Counted from the whole stretch's first letter, positions 25,350-38,700 are shown. The stretch: DNA of 51,901 nucleotides, filler included, from Catajapyx aquilonaris (GCA_000934665.2; 2 parts of 2 records of this genome joined end to end with filler, not necessarily neighbours in it), one strand, 5' to 3'. The notes: a model not told the origin generated them from the sequence alone. A program made the numbers and translations.

Positions 25350-25901
25350 CAGGGTGGACGGAAAGTTTCGGACCCCCCAGGTTTTTTAACCCTACTTTTC
25401 ACAGCGTCTTTTCACATCTTTTAAAAGTCCACAAGCAGTTCTAATGTACACTATCTTTTGAAGCATAATCTTGAGAACATCTGAGCACCTTCGCTCTCGC
25501 AATTCCATTAATAACTTCGCCTCTGTGACTCATCTAAACATCCTATCTGTTTTGCGTTTATTTTGCTTGTTGCCTTGGAGGACACCTGGTGAAATTCTGC
25601 GTCAGATAAGGTTTTTATGACCCTTTTCCATGAGTTCCCCTTCATGCAAATGTTGTGAACTCACTCCTGACCTTATTTTTCGCATTGGTCCATAACCTGG
25701 TCCAATAAAAATTTGAAAAGGAATGCATGAAATGGCGGACCCGTATGCATTACTTTCGAATTGGTACCATCACATTTGTCTCCATTTTTACTTTAAAATA
25801 ATTGTTTGGTGGGAAAGGACAGTAAACAGTCCTACCTTGGTAAATTAATCAACATGACACATCCTTTCGTTCACGTCCTTTCGCACCAAAAAATTATTTT
25901 A
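25350..25901. mobile_element. Probable Tc1/mariner end, truncated or decayed
   Basis: TA-CAGGGTGGACGGAAAGTTTCGGACCCCCC resembles a Tc1-type TIR; no partner TIR before the gap. Confidence 0.35.
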
Positions 25902-26001
25902 NNNNNNNNNNNNNNNNNNNNNNNNNNNNNNNNNNNNNNNNNNNNTTAATTAATTAANNNNNNNNNNNNNNNNNNNNNNNNNNNNNNNNNNNNNNNNNNN
26001 N
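25902..26001. other. Artificial contig linker / assembly gap
   Basis: N44 + TTAATTAATTAA (stops in all six frames) + N44 = exactly 100 bp. Confidence 0.97.
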
Positions 26002-26165
26002 AGCTCACAAGGAAATTTTTGAGTATCGCAGAGGTTGCGCAGAGGGGAATAATAATTTTGAGTATCGCAGACAGGAATTATTTGAGTAGCTCACAAGGAA
26101 ATTTTTGAGTATCGCATAAATATATTTGACTAGCTCATATGGAAAATTTATCACGTGACGTTTCA
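26002..26165 (+). repeat. TTTTTGAGTATCGCA repeat block (3' end of a dispersed family)
   Basis: Same motif and the same CACGTGACGTTT terminus as 50340-51020. Confidence 0.75.
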
Positions 26166-26795
26166 GTGGTCCCAACAAAAGCGATGAAACTCTGTAAAAT
26201 TCATACTGTAACCTTGACTCCTATATATGTAGAAAGTAACCGATACGGGACCTATCAGGTTCACATCCTACGGCTATAAAAATCGCTGTTATCAGCGCTT
26301 ATCGACTGTTGATTAACTGTTTCCTCGTTTTGTCCCCAAAACTACTTACCACCTGGAAGAACTGACTTGGACACCTCCTGCACTAACCTAGCACTTTCCA
26401 ACATGGTTACTGACACAAAGACTGTTGAACACTCCCCCCCTATACCAACTGCTTAATTCATCCTCACGTTCCTGTTGTTCCGGATCCAAGATGGCTGTGA
26501 GAGGTCAATTTCCTGACCAGGACATGCCTAGACATGAGTCTATACGCGGTCTATATTTTCACTCCAGATATGACAGGAATGTAGGTGATACCCCCGGTGA
26601 TACCCTGTGTTTGTATTACGTCACGGCCGAAGATAGACGTCGGAATGTACTTGTTACTTTTTTTCATTGTTGACCACATAGGTGCAGATAGTAACCCTTA
26701 GCAATAACGCCTATGTAATGAGCAAGTCTGGATGTGGGGCTGGTGTAGCCACATTCCTGTCTGCAGCCAGCCAACTTTTACACACATGCACATAC

Positions 26796-29700
26796 TGGAT
26801 TTTTTTTTTTTTGCGAGTCTTTTTAATCGGGGTGTGTTGTGTGGTGGTGGGGTGGACTTGTTGGAAGGTTGGTTGAGGCCACGGAGGATGTTCAACCTGG
26901 TGGTGGTTAGGGGTAGGTACCAGAAAGTACCAAAAGCCTCAGGGTTTGCACCTGGTTGCTTCAAGAAGGTGTCTCACCTTGTGTCCACTGGACACTCACT
27001 GGACACCTTCTGTCCTTGTCCTGGACATTCACTGGACACCTTCTGTCCTTGTCCTGGACATTCACCGGACACGGGCAGCCGTTTCCACGAGTCCGTCCGG
27101 TACAGCACTGTAACCACGACTGTCAGTAGTCAGTTCCAGTGAGTCAACAGTACGTCACTAGTCACCCACGGGGAAAAAAGTATGACCGATTTAACGTTGT
27201 AATCAGTACCTGCCCGCCATTTTGAATCCACCGTAAAACCTATCTTACAGTTACAACCTGCTCTATGATAGGTATTAGGAAGAGATGCAGGTAAAGTTTG
27301 CCCTTGAGGGGCATCCTTTCTAAACCACCTGCCCCATTCCATATTCACGTGACGTCAGTAGACTGACAGGCTTTTTTCATGACGGACAGAGGGGAAGAAG
27401 GTCTGGATTTAAAACTTGTGGCAACCCTTCAATCAACCATTCAAGAAAAAGGCTTCCTGGACTGGGTGTTGCAGTCATGAAGAGTGTTCGTGAGGTGAAA
27501 TTTTTTAAAACCCCAAACCTTTCTTGATAGGGGGTAAGCCATTTTACACGACGCCATTTCTGGTCCATGTTGTCATATTGAGGTGGCATCTGACAAACCC
27601 TCTATTTGTGAGTAATGGCGTCGTCCTTGCGTGAATTCAGCAGGTAGGCGACCTCAGACGTGATGAAATGTATTAGATAGTGTGTGGCGTGCGGTGGTAG
27701 TCATCAGGGAGGAGCCATAATGACTGCAATGATAGTCGAGCCGAATGGCCCCAAGGAAATTGCTTTTTGATTAGGCTCAGACCTGCCTTTCAATTCGGGA
27801 CCAATCCGCCATTTTTGAGCCGTGTGCTCATTTGTATCGTTAAAAAAAATATCGGTCAAATTCAAGGAGTAAGGTAGCAGACCTGAAGCTCAAAATAGGG
27901 GGGGTTACGCTTCAGAATTATTTACTCGTAAACAGAACGTTTTACTAATCTGAAACTTTTTTAAATGATAGGCATTGAGTGTAGGTACATATGCATATAT
28001 ATTTAAAATGTCCCCAACCGGTCATACTCAAAAGGTCAAAGGTCATGTCGCTAACATCCCAATTTCTGTGGATAGTTTACGCTACTAAAATATGTCAAGA
28101 CATGTGATAGCTTCTACATAATGTTGCGAGTAGGCCTACAATGAGATACTGGTCATGTTCATATCCCAAAGAGTTGATATCTGCACCTATGTTATTCATT
28201 TAATTTTTGATGAACTATTGACCTCTAACACTTGAAAATATAAAAATGTACTACTGGTGCCGATCTCAACACGTGTGTCAAATTGTGTCAAAATTGATGA
28301 CATTGCTATAGGTCGATTGCCTATCACTATCATCATAGACACAAAGGGTGTGGCTTACTTAGAAATGGGAGCGGATCCCCTCCCATGCTGACGAATCAAC
28401 AGTGACATAGCACCTGAGTCATTGTGACCACATATGTACAGGGTGATACATCCATGTTGACTTTTACTGACTACAAGTAAAGGCGATAGTTACATTTAAA
28501 TTAGGGGGTTCACACTCCGGGTTACGCGTCATTATCGTATGTAGATAGGGTGTAATAGACATGAGGGCGATAAAGATTGAGTTATGAGGGTATCGACCAT
28601 GCGTAAAAGGAACATAAATATCTTTCTGACAGGGTCGTGCACCGATGCATACTGGTCAGGGGCACAAGGACTAGTTTGTGTGCAGTACATCAAGGGCACA
28701 TGGCGCAACAACGTTATGCCGCTGCATAAGATCTGATAAGGACAACAAAATATTTCCGGACACACCAAAGTGACACGGTATTCGTTGCTCTCTGTGGGTT
28801 ATCAAGTTTTTCCCCCCCAAATTCTGTATTTCGAACCCTTATCAGATAAGTGTGGTAATCCGGAAGCTACCCGGAGAATGTCAGGCGCGAAGTGGTTACA
28901 AGATTTGGCTCTTAATGGTTAGTTTTTTGAGGCCGTCCCACGGGAGGTCTCAAGTGTTGGAGGGGTTCTTTTTGAGTGGAATGCTCTTCTGATTAGGGGT
29001 TCTGGTCAAGTCTGAAGGTAACAGCAAAGATGTGGCTTCTGGATGTTTAGACACTGATTCATACCAGGCTTCTAGGAATTTAAAAATAAAATTAAAAAAT
29101 CATAATATTTGAGTTTGCGCGAGCACGTACTGCTGTACTGCCACGGACGACTGGAAATTTGCTAATAACTGGTTTTATAACCGAACATTATGGTCTTTGT
29201 GACTTTTGCACTATTAATGAGCACATTAGCTATCAGTCTGACAATTTTAAGCATTCCACGTAGTCTAGGAGTGGGTTAAGTAGCCTGGACAAACATGCAA
29301 ACTTTACCGCTTATACGGTACTAGCAGTGGACCCGTTCTTCCCATGGGGATTGATAAATAAGAGAAGTATGTGAAACCTAGAAGCGCCATCTGTGGTGGT
29401 GTGACCAGATTAAACACCAAACTTTTTTAAAAATCTAAATGTTGGGTATTTAAACTCAAAAAGTGCAGATTTCGGACTTTTCCCTCAATCAGTGGCACAT
29501 GGGTGTGCCAAATTTCAGTACTACCAGTAGTCTAGAAGTGGGTTATGTAGATATTTATGGTACAAACTTTCACATTTATAAGTACAGTATATACAGGGTG
29601 TCTCAACTTTTTTGTCCGAATAGTTATTGTAAATATTTCACTAAGCTGCTACTTTGTAAGCAGTGTATGCCACTTCAACCTAAGATTCGCAGGGAATATT

Positions 29701-32700
29701 CCCCATTCCTCCGACAAATCGGTTGGAAGTCACTGCTTACGAAGTAGCAGCTTATAGTGCAATATTTCCGATAACTGTTCGGACAAATAAGTTGAGACAC
29801 CCTGTAGATTATAGAGAAATATTTGAGATAATTTAATTTTGAGCCGGATTTGTGAAGATTCATTGAGGATTTAAACAGCTATGAGTTGATTTATGAAGAT
29901 TTGTACAATTTTTCATGAGTTTTTGCGGATTTTGTACAGGATTTGCGTCGGATTTGTGCCCGATTTGTGACGGTTTTTCTGATTATAAATCCGGATTTAG
30001 GCCCGATACTAACCACCGGTTAAACCTTTTAATCCTAAATGTCCGTGTATGATTTGCACTTCACGACCCTCACACACATTTTTTTTTTTTTTTTGAGCCA
30101 CTCCGTGACCGTGCGAGTCTCCCAGATAAAGTTATTACGAAAACCGAAACGGAGGCTTGCAAAGTGAAGTAAATCAACTTAATTTTTTGGTCAGATACGA
30201 CTTTTTTGCTTCTCACTTCTCACTTCGGGGTATCCTAGGGTGTACTGAAGGTGAAATAGCTTTTGGGAAACTCCCATAACTCCATCGTCTTAAGAAGTTA
30301 GCCGGCCACAAAAAGAGTGGCATTCCAAAGCTATCGGTGCTCTTAGTGGCCAGAAAACCGCAGCGTTTTTTGGGCGTGTTTTTTTTTTGTGATGGTCGCG
30401 AGCGTGTGAGAGAGCCCAGATTGTAGGGTGGATGTCCCTCAACTAAAAATCTCCACCAGATGGAGTTAAGACGGGATATTATGAGTGATATGTTTTGACT
30501 TAGCAGCTTCTGGTGTATAGTGGGCGTGCTTGTCACTTTTTTAAAATGGTGCCCTTGATTATGTTTTGAAATTAATTGAAAAAGAGGGGCTCACCTGTGG
30601 TACTTTCCTCCTGAGTGACACTCGAAGGTTGTTTGTCCTCTATGGACTGACCTTTCGTTGACACCTCATGGTTAGTCGCTTCCGATGGCTCCTGGACATC
30701 ATCGGTCGTGTCTGTGAAAGAATAGATATTGTAAAGTGTGATATCAGACATTCCTAGGCCATCTCTTAGTGTACACAAACAGTTTAATCAGTCTAGCCTC
30801 ATTCGAGGCTGCAACACGACTTGTTATGGCAGGTAGCCTCCACTCAGGCCATCACACGACTTGTTAAAGCAGGTAGCCTCCACCCGGGCGACCACACGAC
30901 TTGTTAAAGCAGGTAGCCTCCACCCGGGCCACCACACGACTTGTTAAATCAGGTAGCCTCCACCTGGGCCACCACACGACTTATGTTAAAGCAGGTAGCC
31001 TCCACCCGGGCCACCACACGACTTGTTAAAGCAGGTAGCCTCCACTCAAGCCACTACACGACTGGTTAAAGCAGGTAGCCTCCACCCGGGCCACCACACG
31101 ACTTGTTAAAGCAGGTAGCCTCCACTCAAACCACTACACGACTGGTTAAAGCAGGTAGCCTCCACTCAGGCCACACACGACTTGTTATAGCCTCCACCCA
31201 CACTGCCGCATCCACGCCATCTAGTAACACACTCTGTACTTTATGGTAAACACCATCTACATGTAGTAACAAACGCGTGTACTTTATGGCGAACATGTTG
31301 TAAAATTTGGCAAAATTTTTGGTATTTTTAAGGCCAGGTTCAAGTGCCCGTATCGGTCTGACAGGCAGCAAATAAGTGGTCGGTTGGGTCAGAGAACTCG
31401 CCTGAGCAACTGAGGCCACAAAAAAAAATATTTCCAGTGCAAAAGGTGCATTCCGACTCATCAGCCTGGAGCAATGTCGCTTTGGGTACGTACATGTTGT
31501 TCAAGAAGCTATGACGATTTTTTAAGTTACGTATTATATATTTAGAACATAACATGTTTTCTCAAGTGCTTAAGTCATCATAGTTGTTAAGAATGAAAAT
31601 GAAAGTATAATCATTCTGTCCATCAACAACACTCTCACACTATACAAGACATGGATCTTCACTAGCCAATTGAGGCACCGAAAGCTGTTTTCTTCAGACA
31701 TTAAAGGAGGGCCTTGTATGAAAATAACAAGACATCAGTTCCGTCCCACTAAAACTCCCACGCACAGCTTTGAGTCCTGTTTTTGTACACACATCATCAT
31801 GAAAGTGCTTTAAGCAGGTCCTATTCATGCTCCTTATTCGTGGCATGTCAGTTGTCAAACACTGCTGACATGACAGATTGGCTGTGAGGAATGAGCAACC
31901 GTCACAAGGAGAAACACCGTATCTACAAAACTATTGCCAAAACTATACTGTTCAGTTCAATGGGGCTTAACGTCGGCCTATTTCTGCCGCTTAGGCTCAA
32001 CACCGACGCCGCCTGAAAATCTGGCCACTCTGGGGATCTTTAACGTGTACACGCGCAATGTCACAAGCACGCTGGACAGACGGCTAGGGCTGTGCGATAT
32101 CCGAAATTGCATATCGACTTCGATCCGATATTTTTGAGTATCGAAAGTAGATATATCGACTTCGATTCGATATTTTTGAGTATCGAAAGTCGATATATCG
32201 ACTTCGATTCGATATTTTTTGAGTATCGAAAGTCGATATATCGAAAATCGAAAAACCTACATCGGAAAATATTGAAAACCGACATCGCGATATTCGATAC
32301 ATCGCACATGCCAAGCGTCGGATATCGCAACTTCGATATTAAGAAAATATCGCACAGCCCTACCGACGGCTTTACTTCCGCTCCGAGGGAAGGCGCGCTC
32401 TCACTTTTCTACCACAGAAAAATCACAGACCTCGGGCGGATTCGAACCCACAACTTTGGGACCAGAGGCGAGCGCTCTAACCACCAGTCCACCGGCGCCG
32501 GCTTAGGGGCAAGATAACTCATGCGTTTTGGGCGTGGCATGTGTCCTTGGCAACTATTAGCCCCGCCTCCTGCTGAGTTTTTTTGTGTGGAATTTAGAGA
32601 ACGATTGGTGCCTAAGTGTAAACAAACGACCGAAGGTTGGTGTAGGGGATAAGGAGCCCGCCTGCTAATTTGGGAGGTCCTGGTTTCGAATCCCGGGGCC

Positions 32701-35700
32701 GGCGACCTTGACCATGGTTTTCTGTGGATTTCCATGGTCGCCTCCAGGACAATTCCGGGATCGCTTCCGTAAAAATAGGCCACAACCGCTTCCTTCCTTC
32801 CATATCCTGGTCCCATCCATTGGTGGTAATCCACCCGCCTAATGGAGCCAAAGGCTAGGGCTGTGCGATATTTAGATACATAGACTGTCGATACGATATT
32901 TTCCTAATATCGAAGTTGCTATATCCGACGCTTGGCATGTGCGATGTATCGAATATCGCGATGTCGGTTTTCGATATTTTGCAATGTCAGTTTCCGATAT
33001 ATTGCGATATTTTTCGATGTCCGTTCGATGTCGGTTTTCGATATTTTGCAATGTGAGTTTGCGATATATTGCGATATTTTGTGATGTCGGTTCGATGTCG
33101 GTTTTTCGATTTTCGATATATCGACTTTGATATTTTTGAATATCGAAAGTCGATATGCAATTTCGGATATCGCACAGCCCTACCAAAGGCTCTAGCACGG
33201 GGTATGATTAATTTAAAATAATAATAATAAATAAATAAATAAAGTGTAAACAAATGCATCTCGTCCTTTGAAATCGAATCCTGATTGGTCGACCGGTATA
33301 TGGGGCGGGGCTAATTATCGTTGTCAAGGTCACAAGCAATATTCCCAAACGCATGAGTTATCTTGATCCTAGTATAGTAAGGGTGAAAGTCGCTTGCACT
33401 AATCCCACCTGACTCAAAGGGGATCAGTGCAAGGCCTGCATACGACTTTCACCCTTACTGGTTTTGGCAATAGATGATGTTTCTCATTGGGACACTTTTC
33501 AGGCGAATTATTCTAATAAAGATCAGATTTGGATCATTGATCATGATCAGAAATTTTGATCTGGATGGTTGATCCTGATCCATGAGAACTGCTTTGATAT
33601 TCTGAGCACGAAATTTGATGTGGCTTAGGTAAGGTCAGGTTGTGGTACTTTTTTTTCACCTGAACTATTTTTCCCTCCATCTTTTTTTTACGCTTCTTGA
33701 GACTTCGCGGATCAAATTGAGAGAGAATTTTTGGTGGGAGTGAGGAAGGACGAGGCCAACTGAGGCAACTGAGGTCTCCATATTTTTTTAAGGAGAAAAG
33801 AAAGAGAAAGGACCGGATGGAATGGCTGAGTAGGCTGAAGGAAATGTTGCAGAATTTATATCACCCTGTTCAGTATCAAGGACTCTAGTTAGATGTTGAG
33901 GGTTTACGAGCTATGACTGGTTTGATCTTTGTTCCAATCTCAGTGAATGGTGTGGCACAGATATAAATTTTTTTTACATGCTAATTATAATTTTAAAGTA
34001 ATTTTCAACATGTTTGCTTATTAAAATAATGAAGAGGACAGGCGGATTCAAAATGGCGTCCATTCAACGCTCATTCAAAATGACGTCGCAAACACCTAGT
34101 CGGTGCTGGCCACCTTTTGGCACGTCTTAGCCAGAAATTTTTTTAAATAGTTTTAAACAGATTTATTTAAAATAATGAAAAGCGTCTCGACGATTCAAAA
34201 TGGCGTCGCAACTCTCCACCTTTTACTAATAGCTTGCTAATAGTAATTTTTTTGCGGTTTTAAATCGCTGATTACAAATAAATTTGTATGAAAATAACGA
34301 AAAATAAAAGCCCATCCAAAATGGCGCCCACTTAAAATGGCGTCGCAACCTGGAACACCCTATTCATGTCTTTTTAGCTAATAATAATGATTTTTATAAT
34401 TTTTAAATGATTTTCAAGAAATTTGTATGAAAATAACAAAAAAAGAGAAAATGACCCGTCCATTCAAAATGGCGTCCATTCCATTCAAAATGGCGTCGCA
34501 ACCCGGAAAACCTTGCTGTATTTTTTCTAGCAATAATTGTAATAATTTTTTAAAGGATTTTCAACTAAGTATGAAATTCAAAATGGCGCCCATTCAAGAT
34601 GGCGCTGGCGTCTCCAACCCGAAACACCTCAATGTTTTGTTTCTAATTATAATAATAATTTTTTATATTTTAAAATGATTAGCAACATATTTGTAGCATA
34701 TAAAAATAACGAAAAAAAGAAAATGAATATCCCATTCAAAATGGCGTCCATCTCATTCAAAATGGCGTCACAACCCGGAACACCTCCACGTCTTTTTTGC
34801 TAATGAGATCTCTCCACCTGCAATTCCTGAGACTAATTAATTGCTAAGGGATTGAGCAGAAGTGTGATCCATCATCACCACAGGGAGTCATACCCTACCA
34901 TACATTCTTGGGACACCACACGGGGCAATTCGGTAGCCCAAAAGATGATTCCTCCAACTGGTAGCTAGTTAAAAGTTTTGCAAGACAACTTCCGGGGAAC
35001 TTTATCAAAAAGGATCACCAGAAGCATCTAAACTGAAGAGCTGTGATTTATACATTGAGAGCCTCCAAGGAAACTGGTTTTTTCTTTAAAGGGGAGGGTG
35101 CCATTGGGTGTGGAATCATTGACCAGGCTTGGAAGGCCCACGAAGAAGAAACTTTCTCACTGTAATTTATGACTAGGCTCAAGGACGGTTGTCTCTAGAT
35201 ATATCTGGAGCGACCACATTGAATAATTTCGCCTGTTGAAGGTTAAATCACGGACCTTGCATGCAGGTCAAAGGTTGGTTCTCTGTTTGTGGGTGAAAGT
35301 CCACAATGTAACTGAGAGAAGATTAGGATCTCGCGAATATTTTATATAAAAAAGTACGGGGTTCACTGATCTTATTTTACATACAATATACCATGCACGT
35401 AGGGTACAACCTGATTCACAAGATTGGGAAAGTGGTCGTACCCTAGCGGCATTTCAATTATTTCGGGGGGGGGGGGGGGNGGTATTGTTGACAAACATGC
35501 GAAACATTGTTCTGGGTTATGTACACATATAGCCAAGGGGGTACTCTGGTACTCTGGTGTACACCTGCTGGTACTCCTTGGTACTCCTGTGTACAGTTTA
35601 CAGTCGAGTGAGTACCCCCTCGCATATAGCTGTAGTTTGTCCTCCCGATAAAGTCTTCAACAACCCATATGACCCCCATATGACCACATGACTTCAACAA

Positions 35701-38700
35701 GTCATATGTAATAATCCCAGATAATTATATTTCAAGTGTTACCCATGTACACACTTGACACAATGTGGCACGCATCCTGGTTTTTTTTCTTAAAATCTAA
35801 TCTGGCAGGAAACATCAAACGATGTTTTCCATCCTTGATAGTGCAGATCACGAAACTAACTCTCTCACTATTCATGATGTAAAAAAGAAGTGTTGCAAGT
35901 GGAGCAGATCAGTCGAACAAAAGAGCAGAGTGCAATTCACTGCGGGTCTGGGGGCCTCCACCATTGTCTGGGGGCTTGATTCTTTTTCCCTTCCATCTGG
36001 AGCAGGCCTCCAACAATTTGTTATTTCAGTTTTAAAGTCGCCATGATCAGTCTCGGTTCATCAAGTGTGGGCGTTCAACTCAAAAAAAAAAGGTTTCTTT
36101 AAAACACATTTTTAAAACATGCGAAGGTGGGCCTGAGGGAGGCCAAGGGCGCCTTTCGTGTGTGGACATGCCCGACCTTGACAATCAAAGATTTCGTCAC
36201 GAAGAATCAGCATCTTGTATCAATGCCCCTCTTGTTGGTGGAATGAGGCCGATGACCCCGCCCAATATGAATTCTTTTGGCCGGTTGTCACGGGGCAAGT
36301 TCGAGGGATGATGGATGAGGGCGGAAGGACTCAGGGTCGGGTAGGGGGGCCAAACATGGCTGCCGAAAAACCGGACCTAAATATGGCTGACTATAACCAC
36401 GCTGCTTGGTCCTAAACATGGCTGCCGGATAACGGCCGATTGGTTTTAACCATGGCTGTCGTTTGGTCCTAAATGTGGCTGACGGTTAACCGCCGTTTGG
36501 TCATAAACATGGCTGTCTTTTGGTCCTAAATGTGGCTGACGGTTAACCGCCGTTTGGTCATAAACATGGCTGTCTTTTGGTCCTAACCACGGCTGTCTTT
36601 TGGTCCTAAATATGGCTGACCGTTAACGGCCGATTGGTCCTAACCGCGGCCGTCTCTTGGTCCTAAATATGGCTGACCGTTAACGGCCGATTGGTCCTAA
36701 CCGCGGCCGTCTTTTGGTCCTAAATGTGGCTGACCGTTAACGGCCGATTGGTCCTAACCACGGCCGTCTTTTGGTCCTAAATATGGCTGACCGTTAACGG
36801 CCGATTGGTCCTAACCACGGATGTCTTTCGGTCCTAAAATGGCTGCCGATAACCATGCCGTTTGGTCCTAAATATAGCTGCCGGATAACCGTCGTTTGGT
36901 CCTATAACCATGGCTGCTTTTTGGTCCCAAACATGGCTTTGGCCCTAAATATGGCTGTCTTAGGTCCCAAGCATGGCTCCCTACCCTCTATCCAGAACAA
37001 AGGGTTAACTGGTTAGTTGACATCTGATCAGCATCTAATTGGAGGATTGTTACCGTTATTGAACCTTCTCACCATTGTTTTTCCCACGGGATAGATTTAT
37101 AGAATTGTGTGAACCGACATCGTGACAGAATGTGGATTGATAACGAATATCAACGGGGGTTATGACCCGATGCCACGTGTGTTAAGACGGGGGTTGGGCT
37201 GACATTCCTGTCCATCAGGTACAATTGCAGCCCCGGATTCCTCACTTTCTTCACCTCAGCAGACATTCTTATTATGAGACTCCAGTGGTCCATCTCAAAA
37301 GAGGGAAGGTTAAGGGACTGTAGAGGTAAAAAACAACAACAGGGACAGTTGGCGCCAAGTGGCATACCTTGGAAATGACCTGTGACCTCCACGTGCTGCT
37401 TCTACGAACAATCCGCATCTTTTTTCTATCTGTAACTATTTGATTAGTTTCAAAGAATTTGAGGTTGACCTTGCCCTGAGCGAATTCCATGTAAGTTGTT
37501 GTAGCTATTATTTTAAGAATCGTTTAATTTTAAAAAAATGCTGGGTTCATGAACCCTCTTGACTATGACGGATCTAGGACAGAAAATATATCTCTAGCTG
37601 TCAACACCGTAGCACATCGTGAAAGAGGGTTATTTGGTATGCACCACAGTTCAAAGAAGAATAGACTTGCACTTCTTCTTGACCCCGCAATCTAACGGTT
37701 GTCCATTAGAAGACATCTAATTCCATCTCAGAAAAAGAAGAGGTCACACGAAGAGGGCACCTAACAGCACATTCCTCTCAACTTTTGCAATTTTGGAGAG
37801 AGAAGAGCCCCACCAATAAGATTTGTCACGAATATCTCAGCGGGACACTTATTGTTCTGGACTGTCCATTTTTTTTGTCCACTAAAAGGGGGGGTACAGT
37901 TCGCGAAAGAACAATGGGTGCACACCTGGCCAGTTGTTTTTTTCCGCAAAAAGTTTGGGAATGAGTCAGCACTATTTTGGAAGAAAAAAAAATAGTTAGC
38001 TGGAGGTTTAAATTTGGACGGGAAATTCCGAAGATGGAACCAGAGCAAAAACCTAAACATGGCTGTCTTTTGGTCCTAAATATGGCTGCCAGATAACCGT
38101 CTTTTGGTCCTAAATATGGTTGACGGTTAACCACGCTGTTTGGTCCTAAATATGGCTGCCAGATAACCGTCTTTTGGTCCTAAATATGGTTGACGGTTAA
38201 CCACGCTGTTTGGTCCTAAATATGGCTGCCAGATAACCGTCTTTTGGTCCTAAATATGGCTGCCAGATAACCGTCTTTTGGTCCTAAATATGGTTGACGG
38301 TTAACCACGCTGTTTGGTCCTAAATATGGCTGCCAGATAACCGTCTTTTGGTCCGAAACATTAACAGCCGTTTAATCCGAACCATGGGTGTCTTTTCGTC
38401 CTAAATATGGCCTTACGCAACACTATGACCACACCATGACTAAAATAGGGTCAGAAATAGTGCCTGAATAGTTACATATGGGGAATCTAATTTACCCAAG
38501 AGTGTCCAACCTTCTACGAAAAGGGATAGTAGAAACAAAAAAAAGTGAAAACCAGTCGATGCCCTTGACACTGGCCAATGGCCATGAGGATGCTGCCAAA
38601 TTTGGTCTACTCTCACAACACCAACAATAGATTCAATTGTTATTACTTACCATTTTCTTCATCAACAATCACTATTGAAGGACTTATAGGACACACACTG

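Larger units (their letters stand above)
32506..33369. mobile_element. TA-flanked MITE hosting a SINE
   Basis: TIR GG..CAAGATAACTCATGCGTTT(T)GGG plus inverted subterminal TTAGCCCCGCC/GGCGGGGCTAA. Confidence 0.75.

Noticed and set aside
27377..27589. ORF containing LFMTATP, resembling SF2 helicase motif III (possible viral NS3 relic)
   Set aside because: Only 70 aa, with no Walker A, DExH or motif VI nearby; probably chance. A translated search would settle it.
28500..28860. Cluster of GATA-like (GATAA) motifs
   Set aside because: Short motif in AT-rich DNA; enrichment cannot be established by eye.
30813..31200. CRISPR-like regular repeat
   Set aside because: Units are contiguous with no unique spacers, there are no cas genes and the context is eukaryotic. 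The same applies to the 36-38 kb, 39.9 kb and 50.3 kb arrays.
32430..32700. tRNA genes (also at 12340-12410 and 48865-48930)
   Set aside because: A/B boxes run into shared SINE bodies with tails and TSDs, and no convincing cloverleaf was seen. These are SINE heads.
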